Positions 21,484 through 32,112 of a stretch of DNA of 64,000 bases are shown one piece after another. Positions within the stretch are counted from its first letter, which is position 1. Each line of letters opens with the position of its first letter. This stretch comes from Thermoanaerobaculia bacterium (GTDB taxonomy: Bacteria > Acidobacteriota > Thermoanaerobaculia > Multivoradales > JAGPDF01): assembly GCA_963788175.1 (NCBI GenBank), contig CAWBFZ010000006.1, positions 55,221 through 119,220 on the forward strand, read 5' to 3'. The notes beneath the pieces are model-generated. The model made no database searches. It was given only the letters and a program-made list of their open reading frames with translations, and was not told the origin of the DNA. The translations under genes and the position numbers were made by a program.

Positions 21484-22174
21484 GACGCACCTCGATTCTC
21501 TCGATTCGGTCGGGAATGGCGGTTTCGCTGCTGCGCCGCCGGGCGAGCTCGAGGCGGGCGCGGCGGACGATGAACCAGATGGCGGCGAACATCAGGGCGA
21601 AAGCGTTCAGCCGCAGCGGCAGCACCATAGCTGGATCTACGGTGGCGGGCGAGGACTGGATCTGATGCAGGCTCCGCCACCAGCGCACGCAGAAATAGAC
21701 CAGCGGCACGTCGACGTAGGCGACGATCGCGGCCACCGCCGTCAGGCTCGCCCGGCGCTCCGAGCCGACGGCGAACGAGCGCAGCGAGAGCACGCCGATG
21801 AAGAGCAGGAGCAGGACCAGGGAGGTCGTGAGGCGCACGTCCCAGTCCCACCAGACGCCCCAGGTGGCGCGGCCCCAGAGTGAGCCCTGGATGAGGAGCA
21901 GGCCGTTCAGGACCACGCCGGCCTCGGCGGCGCCGACGAGGGTCGCGTCCCAGCGCTCCCGCCCGGTCCACAGCGAGCCGATCGCCGCGATGAAGGCGCA
22001 GGTGAAGCAGAGCAGCGCGTTCCAGGCGGTCGGCACGTGCACGTACATGATGCGCTGGACCTCGCCCATATGGCGTTCGGCCGGGGCCACGAAGAGACCG
22101 ATGTAGCAGCCGACGATGAACAGCAGGACGCCGGCGAGTCCCACCCAGTGCTCTTTGGCAAAGCGACGGTTCAC
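21476..22174 (-). CDS. ccmC: Heme exporter protein CcmC
   Basis: RIMYVHVPTAW, WGRATWGVWWDWDVRLT, WWRSLHQ. Confidence 0.95.
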   Translation of the reverse strand: MNRRFAKEHWVGLAGVLLFIVGCYIGLFVAPAERHMGEVQRIMYVHVPTAWNALLCFTCAFIAAIGSLWTGRERWDATLVGAAEAGVVLNGLLLIQGSLWGRATWGVWWDWDVRLTTSLVLLLLFIGVLSLRSFAVGSERRASLTAVAAIVAYVDVPLVYFCVRWWRSLHQIQSSPATVDPAMVLPLRLNAFALMFAAIWFIVRRARLELARRRSSETAIPDRIERIEVRHA

Positions 22175-22177
22175 GGT

Positions 22178-22864
22178 TCAGCCCTCCTCGATGACGAACG
22201 GAAAGAGGATCCCTCCCAGGGACCAGTAGATGAGGTCGAAACAGAGCAGCAGCAGCGCCCACGACCGCATCTGCCCCATCGGGTCGCCGGTGAGGACGAG
22301 CGCCAGCGCCTTGCAGGAGGCCATCAGGACCGGCACCACGAGCGGGAAGAGCAGCAGCGGCAGCAGGACGTCGCGGCTGCGCAGCTGGGCGGTCATGGCG
22401 GCGTAGAGCGTTCCTGGCGCCGAGAGCCCGGCCGCGGCGAGGCCCCAGATGGTGAAGAAGCTCACCACGTTCGCCGGCTGGAGCTCGACGCCGTAGAGCA
22501 CGACGCCGAACAGCGACAGCCCGGGCGCCAGCATCGCGAGCGAAAGCGTATTGGCGATCGCTTTGCTGTAGAAGACGGCGCCCGGCCGGACCGGCAGCAG
22601 GAGGATGCCCTCGAGCGCCCGGCGTTCGTGCTCGATGCGAAAGCTCTCGGCGAGCGCCAGCGTCGAGGAGAGCAGCAGGGCGATGACCAGAAACCCGGCC
22701 GCCCCGGCGGTGAGGGCCTTCGAGTCCGGGCCGACGGCGATCGAAAACACCACCAGCGAGAGCAGCCCGAAGACGCCGACCGCGACGAGGCGCGCCTTCG
22801 CCCGCCATTCGAGCCGGAGGTCCTTGGCGAGAAGTGTCAGGGTCTGGCTGCGCAGCTCGCTCAC
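22178..22864 (-). CDS. ccmB: Heme exporter protein CcmB
   Basis: LLAKDLRLEWR, LLPLLLFPLVVPVL; about 6 TM; GTG at 22864. Confidence 0.92.
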   Translation of the reverse strand: MSELRSQTLTLLAKDLRLEWRAKARLVAVGVFGLLSLVVFSIAVGPDSKALTAGAAGFLVIALLLSSTLALAESFRIEHERRALEGILLLPVRPGAVFYSKAIANTLSLAMLAPGLSLFGVVLYGVELQPANVVSFFTIWGLAAAGLSAPGTLYAAMTAQLRSRDVLLPLLLFPLVVPVLMASCKALALVLTGDPMGQMRSWALLLLCFDLIYWSLGGILFPFVIEEG

Positions 22865-23580
22865 GAGGCCCTCGCCAGCACGTTCGGGAGGTCGCGGGCG
22901 GCGCCCTGCCAGGTCATCTGGCCGCGGGCGAGGAGCACGGCGCGGTCGGCGATCGGCGCCGCGCGCTCGAGGTTGTGCGAGGCGATGACCACGGTCTTGC
23001 CCGCCTTGCGGTCGGCGGCGATCCAGTCGGTCACCAGCTCCTGGCCGGCGGTGTCGAGGGCGGCGAACGGCTCGTCGAGCAGCACCAGATGCGGAGTCCT
23101 CGAGGCGCACCCGGGCGAAGGTCAGACGCTTCTGCATGCCGGCGGAGAAGCCGCTCACGACGGTGTCGCTCTCGGGCTCGAGGCCGACCTCCGCCGAGGC
23201 GCGCGCGCAGGTCCGCGTTCGGCCGTCGAGCGGCCGAGGAGGCGCGCCCAGAGGCGCACCGTCTCGAGGGCGGTGAGAGGCTCGTAGAGATAGGAGGCAT
23301 GCGAGAGCAGCGAGACATTTCGGCGCCAACCGAAGGGGTCGGATGCGAGGTTCTTGCCAAACAGCTCGAGCTCGCCGGCGGTGGGTCGCAGGAGGCCCGC
23401 GAGCAGGCGCAGAAAGGTCGTCTTGCCCGAGCCGTTGGGGCCGGCGATGAGCAGCACCTCGCCCGGCGCGGCGGTGAGGTCGAGGTGGGCGAGCGCCCAC
23501 TTCTGCCCGTATCTGCGGGACAGATCGCGGGCACGGAACGCCGCCGGCGGCGTTTCGGACGGGCGATTGGCGACCTTCAA
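22861..23580 (-). CDS. ccmA: Heme ABC exporter ATPase CcmA; frameshifts near 23210 and 23095
   Basis: GPNGSGKTT, FSAGMQKR, LLDEPF, VIASH. Confidence 0.9.
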
Positions 23581-23719
23581 GGACGCTTCGATTCCGCGCG
23601 GGCCGGGCGACGGGGCAGCAGGGCAGGTCTCGACCGCATAAGACTGCGTACGATACCGCAGCGCGGGGGGGCCCGGCCACCCTGCGGCCCGGCGGCAGGG
23701 TGGGGATGCTGGCGACCAC

Positions 23720-26094
23720 CTAGAGCCGGTAGCCGAGCTGGAGGAAGAGCCGCTCGCCTTCGAGGTCGTCGCCGGTGGCCGATTCGAGCTCGCCGAGCAG
23801 GTAGAAGCGCCGGCCGAGCTGGAGCGTGCCGGAAAGGCGCAGCCACTGGTTCTCGCGCACCTCGCCCGTGGCGAGGAGCTCGGTGCTGGAGATGCCGAAG
23901 GTGAGCTCGACGTCGTGGCCGCTGCGGAAGTACTTCTGGACCCGCAGGCCGGCGCGGAAGCCGCTCGAGGTGTCGCCGTCGAAACCCGAGTAGTCGCCGC
24001 CGACGAGCATGTTCCAGCCGAAGACGTTGCTGTGGTAGACGTTGGCGTTGTAGGCGAGGCTGCGGTCGGGGTTGCCCTGCTTCCAGCGCTGGCCGACCGA
24101 GAAGTTGGCGCGCACCGTCTTCGCCGAGCCGAGGTAGGCCGTCACCCGATAGCCCTCGCGCAGCGCGTTGTCGAACAGCTCTTCGGGCGTGAAGCGGTCG
24201 TCAAGGGTGAAGATCTGGCGCGACTGGTCGTAGCTCACGCCGAGGCGCACCGCCTTGGAGACGCTGTAGCTGCCGGAGAACAGGACGTTGCTCAGCTGAC
24301 TGTTGTTGGCGGCCGGATTGTCGCGCCAGTTGTGGCCGAGGTCGAACTCGGCGCGCTCGTAGAGCGACCAGCGGCTGCCGGAGCCCTGCCGGCCGTAGAA
24401 CGACAGGTACTCCCGGTTGGTATCGCCCCCGAGGTAGTCGCCGATCGCCTCGAAGCAGGTACTCGGCGTAGAAGGGCTTCCCGGGCGACTGGTCGAGCCA
24501 GTGCACGAAGGCGCCGTAGGCGCGGCCCGGGCTGGCGAAGTTGATCTGGTCGCCGTTCGAGCGCGAGCCGTAGAACGCTCCGAGACTGAAGCGCCGGGTG
24601 GCGTGGAACTCGCCGACTCCGCCGTCGAGATAGTCGAAGCCGACGAGCGGCCCGGAGATCAGCCGGCCGACCTGGTAGGTGAAGCGTGCCTCGGGCGGCT
24701 CGTAGGAGAGGGTCGCTTCGTAGAGGCGGTCGTTGTCGCGCGACTCCGACCTGCCGGAGGAGAGCTGGATCTGCTCGCGGCTGGCGGTGCCGCGCAGCCG
24801 GAAGTCGAACTTGCTGCCGCCGATGTGGCCGGCGTAGATGTTGACCAGAGCCGACTCCTGGTTGAAGTCGCGCCCGGCCGGACCGCCATCCTTGAAGCCC
24901 TGGTAACGCAGCGCCAGCGACCCGGAATAGTCGGTGTGTTCGGCGGGGTTCCAGCCCGGCGGCTTGCCCTTCTGGCCCGGCACGACCGGCGCGCCGGTCG
25001 GTGCGCCGGCGCTGCCGGCACCGGCCGGGAGCGCGGCCGAGGGCGGCAGCGGACCCGGGATGACGAGATCACCGACGGCGATCGTCTCCGTCGCCGCGAC
25101 GATCTTGCACGAGGCCGAGTGGCTGGCGATGAAGGCGATCTCGAGCTCGGCGATCTCGGAGGTCGCGCCGGTCGCGGCGTCGGTGCGCCGCACCTTGACG
25201 CGCTGGCCGACCGCCAGGCCCGGCGCTGCGGCCGGCGTCGAGGAAGACCTCTTCGGCGAGCACCTGGCGCACCCGGATCGGTTGCGCCACGGCGGGCTCG
25301 CCCGGTACTGGGCGGCGGGCGTTGCCGGCAGCGGTCGGGGTTGCGGCAATCGCCGGCTCCGTCACCGGCGCCGGCGGCGGCGGCGGGACTTCGAGCCGCC
25401 GAACGCGGTCTCCCTGGGTGATCGGGCGCACTTCGCGATCGATCCGGCAGGTCGCCGAGTGCTCGCCGACCAGCAGGACCTCGAGCTCGCCGATGACCAG
25501 GCTGCCGCGCTCCACCACGAGGCGATCGCCGACCGCCACCGGCTGCGAGGAGACCAGCGAGATGTCGACCGCACCGCGCAGCACGCGCTGCACGATCATC
25601 GTCTGGTTGCTCGGGTGCTCGCCCGCGTCGTCGGGCCTGGAGGCGACTGGGTGGCGGCGGGCAGAGCGCCTGGCGACGGCGATCGGAGCGGCCGGAGCGC
25701 GCAGCGGTCGCCGCGGCCGAGGGCTTTGCCCGCCGCGCGCGGGCGCACCAGATCGCCGCCGGCGATCGCGCGCCGTCATGCGCTCGATCCGGCACGAAGC
25801 CTCGTGGTTCGCCGACGATGGTGACCTCGAGATCGGCGAGCTTGACGCCGTCGCGCTCCACGGACGAGGCGATCGCCGACCGCGAGTCGCCGCGTGCCCG
25901 GTACGTCGATGTCGACCCGCCCGGCGACGACGCGCGCGACGGTCATCGGCGGCGCGCTGTCGGGGGACTGCCGCGGCGGAAGCCAAGCCGGATGCGAACA
26001 GAGGACCAGAGCGAGGGTCGCCAGGATCGAGAATCGGAGTCGGACGCCGGCCGCTCTGCGCAGAGGCGGCCGAGAAATTCATGGAATCAGTCAT
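23720..26094 (-). CDS. Outer-membrane beta-barrel (porin-like) with three tandem N-terminal beta-domains; frameshifted
   Basis: Signal-like FSILATLALVLCSHPAW; three similar ~70-aa domains; Pro/Ala linkers; long amphipathic beta region ending LFLQLGYRL (aromatic beta-signal). Confidence 0.75.
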
Positions 26095-26129
26095 CAGGTT
26101 CAGTGGTCTCTCTTGTCGTTCGCTGCGGC

Positions 26130-29100
26130 CTAGGCCGACCCGCGCGGGTGACACTGGTAGCAGGCGTGGCTCTCGTAGAGGTAGCCGCCGACCTCGTTGT
26201 GGTCGTTGTTGGTCTCGCTCTGGCTGTGTTCGTGACAGAGGATGCACTCGAAGTTGTTGAAGTTCCCGGCGCTCACGTGGCACGAGGCGCAGGGGAGCTG
26301 GTGGCGGCCCGAAGCGATCGGGAAGCAGGTCGTTGTGATTGAAGGTCGACGGCTCCCAGGCGGTCGTGCTGTGGCAGCTCTCGCAGGTGGTCGGGAAGCC
26401 GGCGCTCTGGTGGTCGGGGTCGTTGGTGCCGTTGTAGTCGCTCTGATGGCAGGCGAAGCACAGGGTGGGCGTGCCGGAGTAGCCGCCGGAATGGCAGTCG
26501 AGGCAGGCCGCGCCGGCGTGCGCGCCGGTGAGCGGGAAACCGGTGGCGCTGTGGTTGAAGCTCGCCGGCTGCCAGGCGGTGTCGGAGTGGCAGTCCTGGC
26601 AGGTGTGCGGGAAGCCGGTGTGACTCGGGTTGTTGGCGCCGTTGAAGTCGGACTGATGACAGGAGAAGCAGGCCGACGGCGTGCCCGGCGTAGCCGCCGC
26701 TGTGACAGTCGAGACAGGACGCGGCCAGGTGGGCGCCGTGCAGCGGGAAGCCGGTGGCGCTGTGATTGAAGCTCGCCGGCTGCCAGGCGGAGACGCCGTG
26801 GCAGTCCTGGCAGCTGTGCGGGAAGCCGGTGTGGCTCGGGTTGTTGGCGCCGTTGAAGTCGGACTGGTGACAGGAGAAGCAGTCGGTCGGCGTTCCGGCG
26901 TAGCCGCCGCTGTGGCAGTCGAGGCAGGAGGCGGCCTGGTGCGCGCCGTTGAGCGGGAAGCCGGTCGCGTTGTGGTTGAAGCTCGCCGGCTGCCAGGCGG
27001 CGACGCCGTGGCAGTCCTGGCAGGTGTGCGGGAAGCCGGTGTGACTCGGGTTGTTGGCGCCGTTGTAGTCGGACTGGTGACACGAGAAGCAGTCGGACGG
27101 CGTTCCGGCATAGCCGTTCTGGTGGCAGGCGGTGCAGGAAGCGCCGAGCGGTGGGCGCCGTTGAGCGGGAAGCCGGTGGCGTTGTGGTCGAAGCTCGCCG
27201 GCTGCCAGGCGGTGACGCCGTGGCAGTCCTGACAGCTGTGCGGGAAGCCGGCTGTGGCTCGGATTGTTGGCGCCGGTGTAGTCGGTCTGATGACAGGAGA
27301 AGCAGTCGGAGGGCGTCCCGGCGTAGCCGTTCTGGTGACAGTGAGGTGCAGGAGGCCGAGCGATGGGCGCCGTTCAACTGGAAGCCGGTGGCGTTGTGGT
27401 CGAAGCTCGCCGGCTGCCAGGCGGAGACGCCGTGGCAGTCCTGGCAGGAGTGCGGGAAGCCGCTGTGGCTCGGATTGCTGGCGCCGGTGAAGTCGGTCTG
27501 ATGGCAGGAGAAGCAGTCGGAGGGCGTGCCGGCGTAGCCGTTGCGGTGGCAGGAGGTGCAGGAGGCCGAGCGATGGGCGCCGTTCAGCTGGAAGCCGGTG
27601 GAGTTGTGGTCGAAGTTGGCCGGCTGCCAGGCGGAGACGCCGTGGCAGTCCTGGCAGGATGTGCGGGAAGCCGCTGTGGCTCGGATTGCTGGCGCCGGTG
27701 AAGTCGGTCTGATGACAGGAGAAGCAGTCGGAGGGCGTGCCGGCGTAGCCGTTGCGGTGACAGGAGGTGCAGGAGGCCGAGCGATGGGCGCCGTTCAGCG
27801 GGAAGCCGGTGGAGTTGTGGTCGAAGTTGGCCGGCTGCCAGGCGGAGACGCCGTGGCAGTCCTGGCAGGTGTTCGGGAAACCGGTGTGGCTCGGATTGCT
27901 GGCGCCGGTGAAGTCGGTCTGATGGCAGGAGAAGCAGTCCGAGGGCGTGCCGGCGTAGCCGTTGCGGTGACAGGAGGTGCAGGAGGCCGAGCGATGGGCG
28001 CCGTTCAGCTGGAAGCCGGTGGAGTTGTGGTCGAAGTTGGCCGGCTGCCAGGCGGAGACGCCGTGGCAGTCCTGGCAGGTGTTCGGGAAGCCGCTGTGGC
28101 TCGGATTGCTGGCGCCGGTGAAGTCGGTCTGATGGCAGGAGAAGCAGTCCGAGGGCGTGCCGGCGTAGCCGTTGCGATGGCAGGAGGTGCAGGAGGCCGA
28201 GCGGTGGGCGCCGTTCAGCGGGAAGTCGGTGGAGTTGTGATCGAAGGTGGCCGGCTGCCAGGCGGAGACGCCGTGGCAGTCCTGGCAGCTGTTGGGGAAG
28301 CCGCTGTGGCTCGGATTGCTGGCGCCGGTGAAGTCGGTCTGGTGGCAGGAGAAGCAGTCCGAGGGCGTGCCGGCGTAGCCCGATGCGATGACAGGAGGTG
28401 CAGGAGGCCGAGCGATGGGCGCCGTTCAACTGGAAGCCGGTCGCGTTGTGGTCGAAGCTGGCCGGCTGCCAGGCGGAGACGCCGTGGCAGTCCTGGCAGG
28501 AGTTGGGGAAGCCGCTGTGGCTCGGGTTGCTGGCGCCGGTGAAGTCGCTCTGATGACAGGAGAAGCACTCACTGGGCGTTCCGGCGTAGCCCGTGCGATG
28601 GCAGGAGGTGCAGGAGGCCGAGCGATGGGCGCCGTTCAACTGGAAGCCGGTCGCGTTGTGGTCGAAGGTCGCCGGCTGCCAGGCGGAGACGCCGTGGCAG
28701 TCCTGGCAGGAGTTGGGGAAGCCGCTGTGACTCGGGTTGCTGGCGCCGGTGAAGTCGCTCTGATGGCAGGAGAAGCAGTCGGTGGGCGTGCCGGCGTAGC
28801 CGTTGCGGTGGCAGCTCGCGCAGTCGGTGGAGCGGTGGGCACCGTTCAACTGGAAGCCGGTGGAGTTGTGGTCGAAGAGCGCCGGCTGCCAGGCGGTGAC
28901 GCCGTGGCACTCGCGACAGGTGATGGGGAAGCCGGCATGCACCGGGTTGCGGGCGCTGGTGAAGTCGGTCTGGTGGCAGGAGAAGCACTCGATCGGCGTG
29001 CCGGCGTAGCCGGTGCGATGGCAGGTCGTGCAATCGACCGTGCGGTGGGCGCCGAGGAGCTGGAAGCCGGTCTGGTTGTGATCGAAGGTCGCCGGCTGCC

Positions 29101-29744
29101 AGGCAGAGACGCCGTGGCAGTCCTGGCAAGTCGTGGCGAACCCGGCATGCACGGGGTTGCGCGCCCTGGTGAAGTCCTTCTGGTGACAGGTAAAGCAGTC
29201 GGTCGGGGTCGCGGTGTAGCCGTTGCGGTGACAGGAGACGCAGTCGACCGAGCGATGGGCGCCGTTGAGCTGGAAGGTGGTCTGATTGTGGTCGAAGGTC
29301 GCCGGTTGCCAGGCTGCACACGCCGTGACAGTTCTTGCACGCGGTCGGGAACCCGGCGTGGCTCGGGCGGGTGGCGCGGATGAACGCCGGCTCGTGACAG
29401 GCGAAGCAGTCGGCCTTGGCCTTGGCCGTCGGCGAAGTCGAGGGTCGCGTGGCAGGACTTGCAGGTGGCGTCGGCGTGCGCGCCGGCGAGGTCGAAGCCG
29501 GTCGTCGCGTGTTTCCACGGCAGCGGCGACCGGAGCGGCGTCCAGCCCTCCATCGAATGGCATTCGGCGCACGCGGTCGCCGAGCGCGCCGTGCGGGCTC
29601 GCCGAACCCCCTTGCGCGCGCCAGCGGCGCCGGGACGCCGAGCGCAGCGAAGGCAGCCAGGATGGGCACCAGCCAAAGGCCGGCTTGCACGAAGTGCCGA
29701 GGTCCTGCGCGATGGCGAAAGCCGCACGCGATGCATCCGGGCAT
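26130..29744 (-). CDS. Giant repeat multiheme cytochrome c, about 49 CXXCH; several frameshifts
   Basis: Signal peptide, 4 N-terminal hemes, 14 units of 70 aa x 3 CXXCH, 3-heme C-terminal cap ending CYQCHPRGSA. Confidence 0.88.
26356..29308. repeat. Coding tandem repeat, ~210-bp unit x14
   Basis: GCCAGGC anchor recurs at 26571, 26782, 26992, 27204, 27416, 27626, 27837, 28047, 28257, 28468, 28678, 28888, 29098 and 29308 (variant near 26356). Confidence 0.92.
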
Positions 29745-29851
29745 CCTCTCGCATACGCGATGAGCTTCCTGTGAACACGACCATCCTCCAGCTGTTGAGA
29801 ATTGCCAGAGTTATGAACCAGAGATGAACGAGAGCGCGAGCTGCCGCGCGC

Positions 29852-31985
29852 TCACTCACGGCCGCGCGGGTGACACTGGTAGCAGGCCCGACTCTCGTAG
29901 ACGTAGCCGCCGACCCCCCGGTGCTCGGGATTGGTCTCACCCTGGCTGTGCTCGTGACAGAGGATGCACTCGAAGACGTTGTAGTTTCCCGCCGCCACGT
30001 GACAGGAAGAGCAGGGGAGCTGATGGCGCCCTGAAGCGATCGGGAAAGAGCTCTCGTGATTGAACGTCGCCGGCGTCCAGGCGTTCGTGCCGTGGCAGTC
30101 GGCGCAACTGGTCCCGAATCCGGCGCTGGCGTGATTGGGATTGCGGGTCCCGTTGTAGTCGCTCTGATGGCAGGCGAAGCAGTCGGACGGTGTTCCGGAG
30201 TAGCCGTTGCGGTGGCAGGTGGTGCAGGCGAGCGAGCGGTGCGCGCCGGTGAGCTGGAAGCCGGTCGTGTTGTGGTCGAAGCTCGCGGGCTGCCAGGCGG
30301 TGACGCTGTGGCAGTTCTGGCAGGTCGTCGGGAAGCCGGAGTGGCTCGGGTTCGAAGCCGCCGTTGTAGTCGCTCTGATGGCAGGACAGACAGTCGGATG
30401 GCGTGCCGGCGTAGCCGTTGCGGTGACAGGTGGTGCAGGCGACCGAGCGGTGCGCTCCGTTCAGCTGGAAGCCGGTCGTGTTGTGGTCGAAGGTCGCGGG
30501 CTGCCAGGCGGTCGCGCTGTGACAGTTCTGGCAGGTGGTCGGGAAGCCGGCGTGGCTCGGGTTGCGGGCGCCGGTGTAGTCGCTCTGATGGCAGGCGAAA
30601 CAGTCGGCGGCGGTGCCGGCATAGCCGTTGCGGTGGCAGGAGGTGCAGGCGACCGAGCGATGCGCACCGCTCAACTGGAAACCGGTCGCGTTGTGGTCGA
30701 AGGTCGCGGGCTGCCAGGCGGTCGAGCTGTGGCAGCTCTGGCAGGTGGTCGGGAAGCCGGAATGGCTCGGATTGCGGGCACCGTTGTAAGCGGCTTGATG
30801 ACAGGCGAAACAGTCCGCCGGGGTGCCGGCGTAGCCGTTCGCATGGCAGGAGGTGCAGGGGGCCGAGCGGTGCGCGCCGGCGAGCTGGAAGCCGGTCGCG
30901 TCGTGGTTGAAGGTCGCCGGCTGCCAGGCGGTGACGCTGTGGCAGTCCTGGCAGGTGTTGGGGAAACCGCTGTGGCGCGGGTTGCTGGCGCCGTTGTAGT
31001 CGCTCTGGTGGCAGGAGAAGCAGTCCGTGGGAGTGCCGGCGTAGCCCGTGCGGTGACAGTTGACGCAGCTGGTGGAGCGATGTGCCCCGCTGAGCGGGAA
31101 GCCCGAGCTGTCGTGATCGAAGAGCGCCGGTTGCCAGGCGGTGAAGCTGTGGCATTCGCGGCAGGTGACGGGGAAGCCGGCGTGCACCGGGTTGCGGGCG
31201 CTGGTGAAGTCGGTCTGGTGGCACGACAGGCACTCGACCGGCGTGCCGGCGTAGCCGGTGCGGTGACAGAGCGTGCACTCGACCGTGCGGTGGGCGCCGA
31301 GGAGCTGGAATCCGGTCTGGTTGTGGTCGAAGACCGCCGGCGACCAGGCGGAGACGCCGTGACAGTCCGCACAGCTGGTGGAGAAGCCGGCGTGGGAAGG
31401 ATTCCGGGCGCTCGCGAAGTCCTTCTGATGGCAGGTGAAGCACTCGGTTGGCGTCGCCGTATAGCCGGCGCGATGACAGGCGACGCAGTCGACGGTGCGA
31501 TGGGCGCCGTTCAACTGGAAGGTGGTTCGGTTGTGATCGAAGGTGGCCGGCTGCCAGGCGGCGACGCCGTGGCAGGACTTGCAGGTGGTCGGGAAGCCCG
31601 CGTGGGCGGGTCGGGTGGCGCGGGTGAAGGCCGGCTCGTGGCAGGCGTAGCAGTCGGTCTTGCCCTTTTCTCTGGCGAAGTCGAGCGTCGCATGGCAACT
31701 CTTGCAGGCGATGGCGGAGTGTCCGCCGGCGAGATCGAAGCCGGTTTCCGAGTGCCTGTAGGGCAGCGGCGACTTGAGCGGAGACCAGCCCTCGGTGGAG
31801 TGGCAGTCGGTGCATTCGTTCTTGAGGGCGCCGTGCGGATTCGCCGAGCGCGCCTGCCCCGCGACCGGAGCCGCGCGCAAGAGAAGGAGGAAGGCGAGTC
31901 CTGCACCGTAGGTGGCGAGTCGCAGCGGCTGGGTCGCAACGAGCCACGGCGGCATTCGCGACCGCAAGGTCTCCAAAGAAGCCAT
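29852..31985 (-). CDS. Repeat multiheme cytochrome c, 28 CXXCH; frameshift near 30355
   Basis: Signal peptide, 4 N-terminal hemes, 7 units x 3 CXXCH, 3-heme cap ending CYQCHPRGRE; start may be 31985 or 31955. Confidence 0.9.
30075..31555. repeat. Coding tandem repeat, ~210-bp unit x7
   Basis: AWQP/AWSP/AWTP-ATFDH junctions roughly every 210 bp. Confidence 0.88.
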
Positions 31986-32037
31986 TGTACGATCCTGACG
32001 CAAACATCATGAATGGGATGTGAACGCTTGCATCTCC

Positions 32038-32064
32038 GCGCCGATGGCGCCGATGGCGCCGATG
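32038..32064. repeat. GCGCCGATG x3 tandem repeat upstream of the cytochrome operon
   Basis: Three exact 9-bp copies in the intergenic region. Confidence 0.8.
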
Positions 32065-32112
32065 ACCATCGCCAGGGCGAGCTCCCGGCGCCGCCCGGTA
32101 GAGGAGCGCCGG

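Noticed and set aside
26356-31555. Regular repeat array that could be mistaken for CRISPR or a non-coding satellite
   Set aside because: Units are about 210 bp, contiguous, have no unique spacers and encode in-frame CXXCH modules; no cas genes are present.
11500-32100. Island as a mobile element (prophage, ICE or IS-bounded)
   Set aside because: No integrase, transposase, tRNA or flanking direct repeats seen, and GC looks similar to the flanks.
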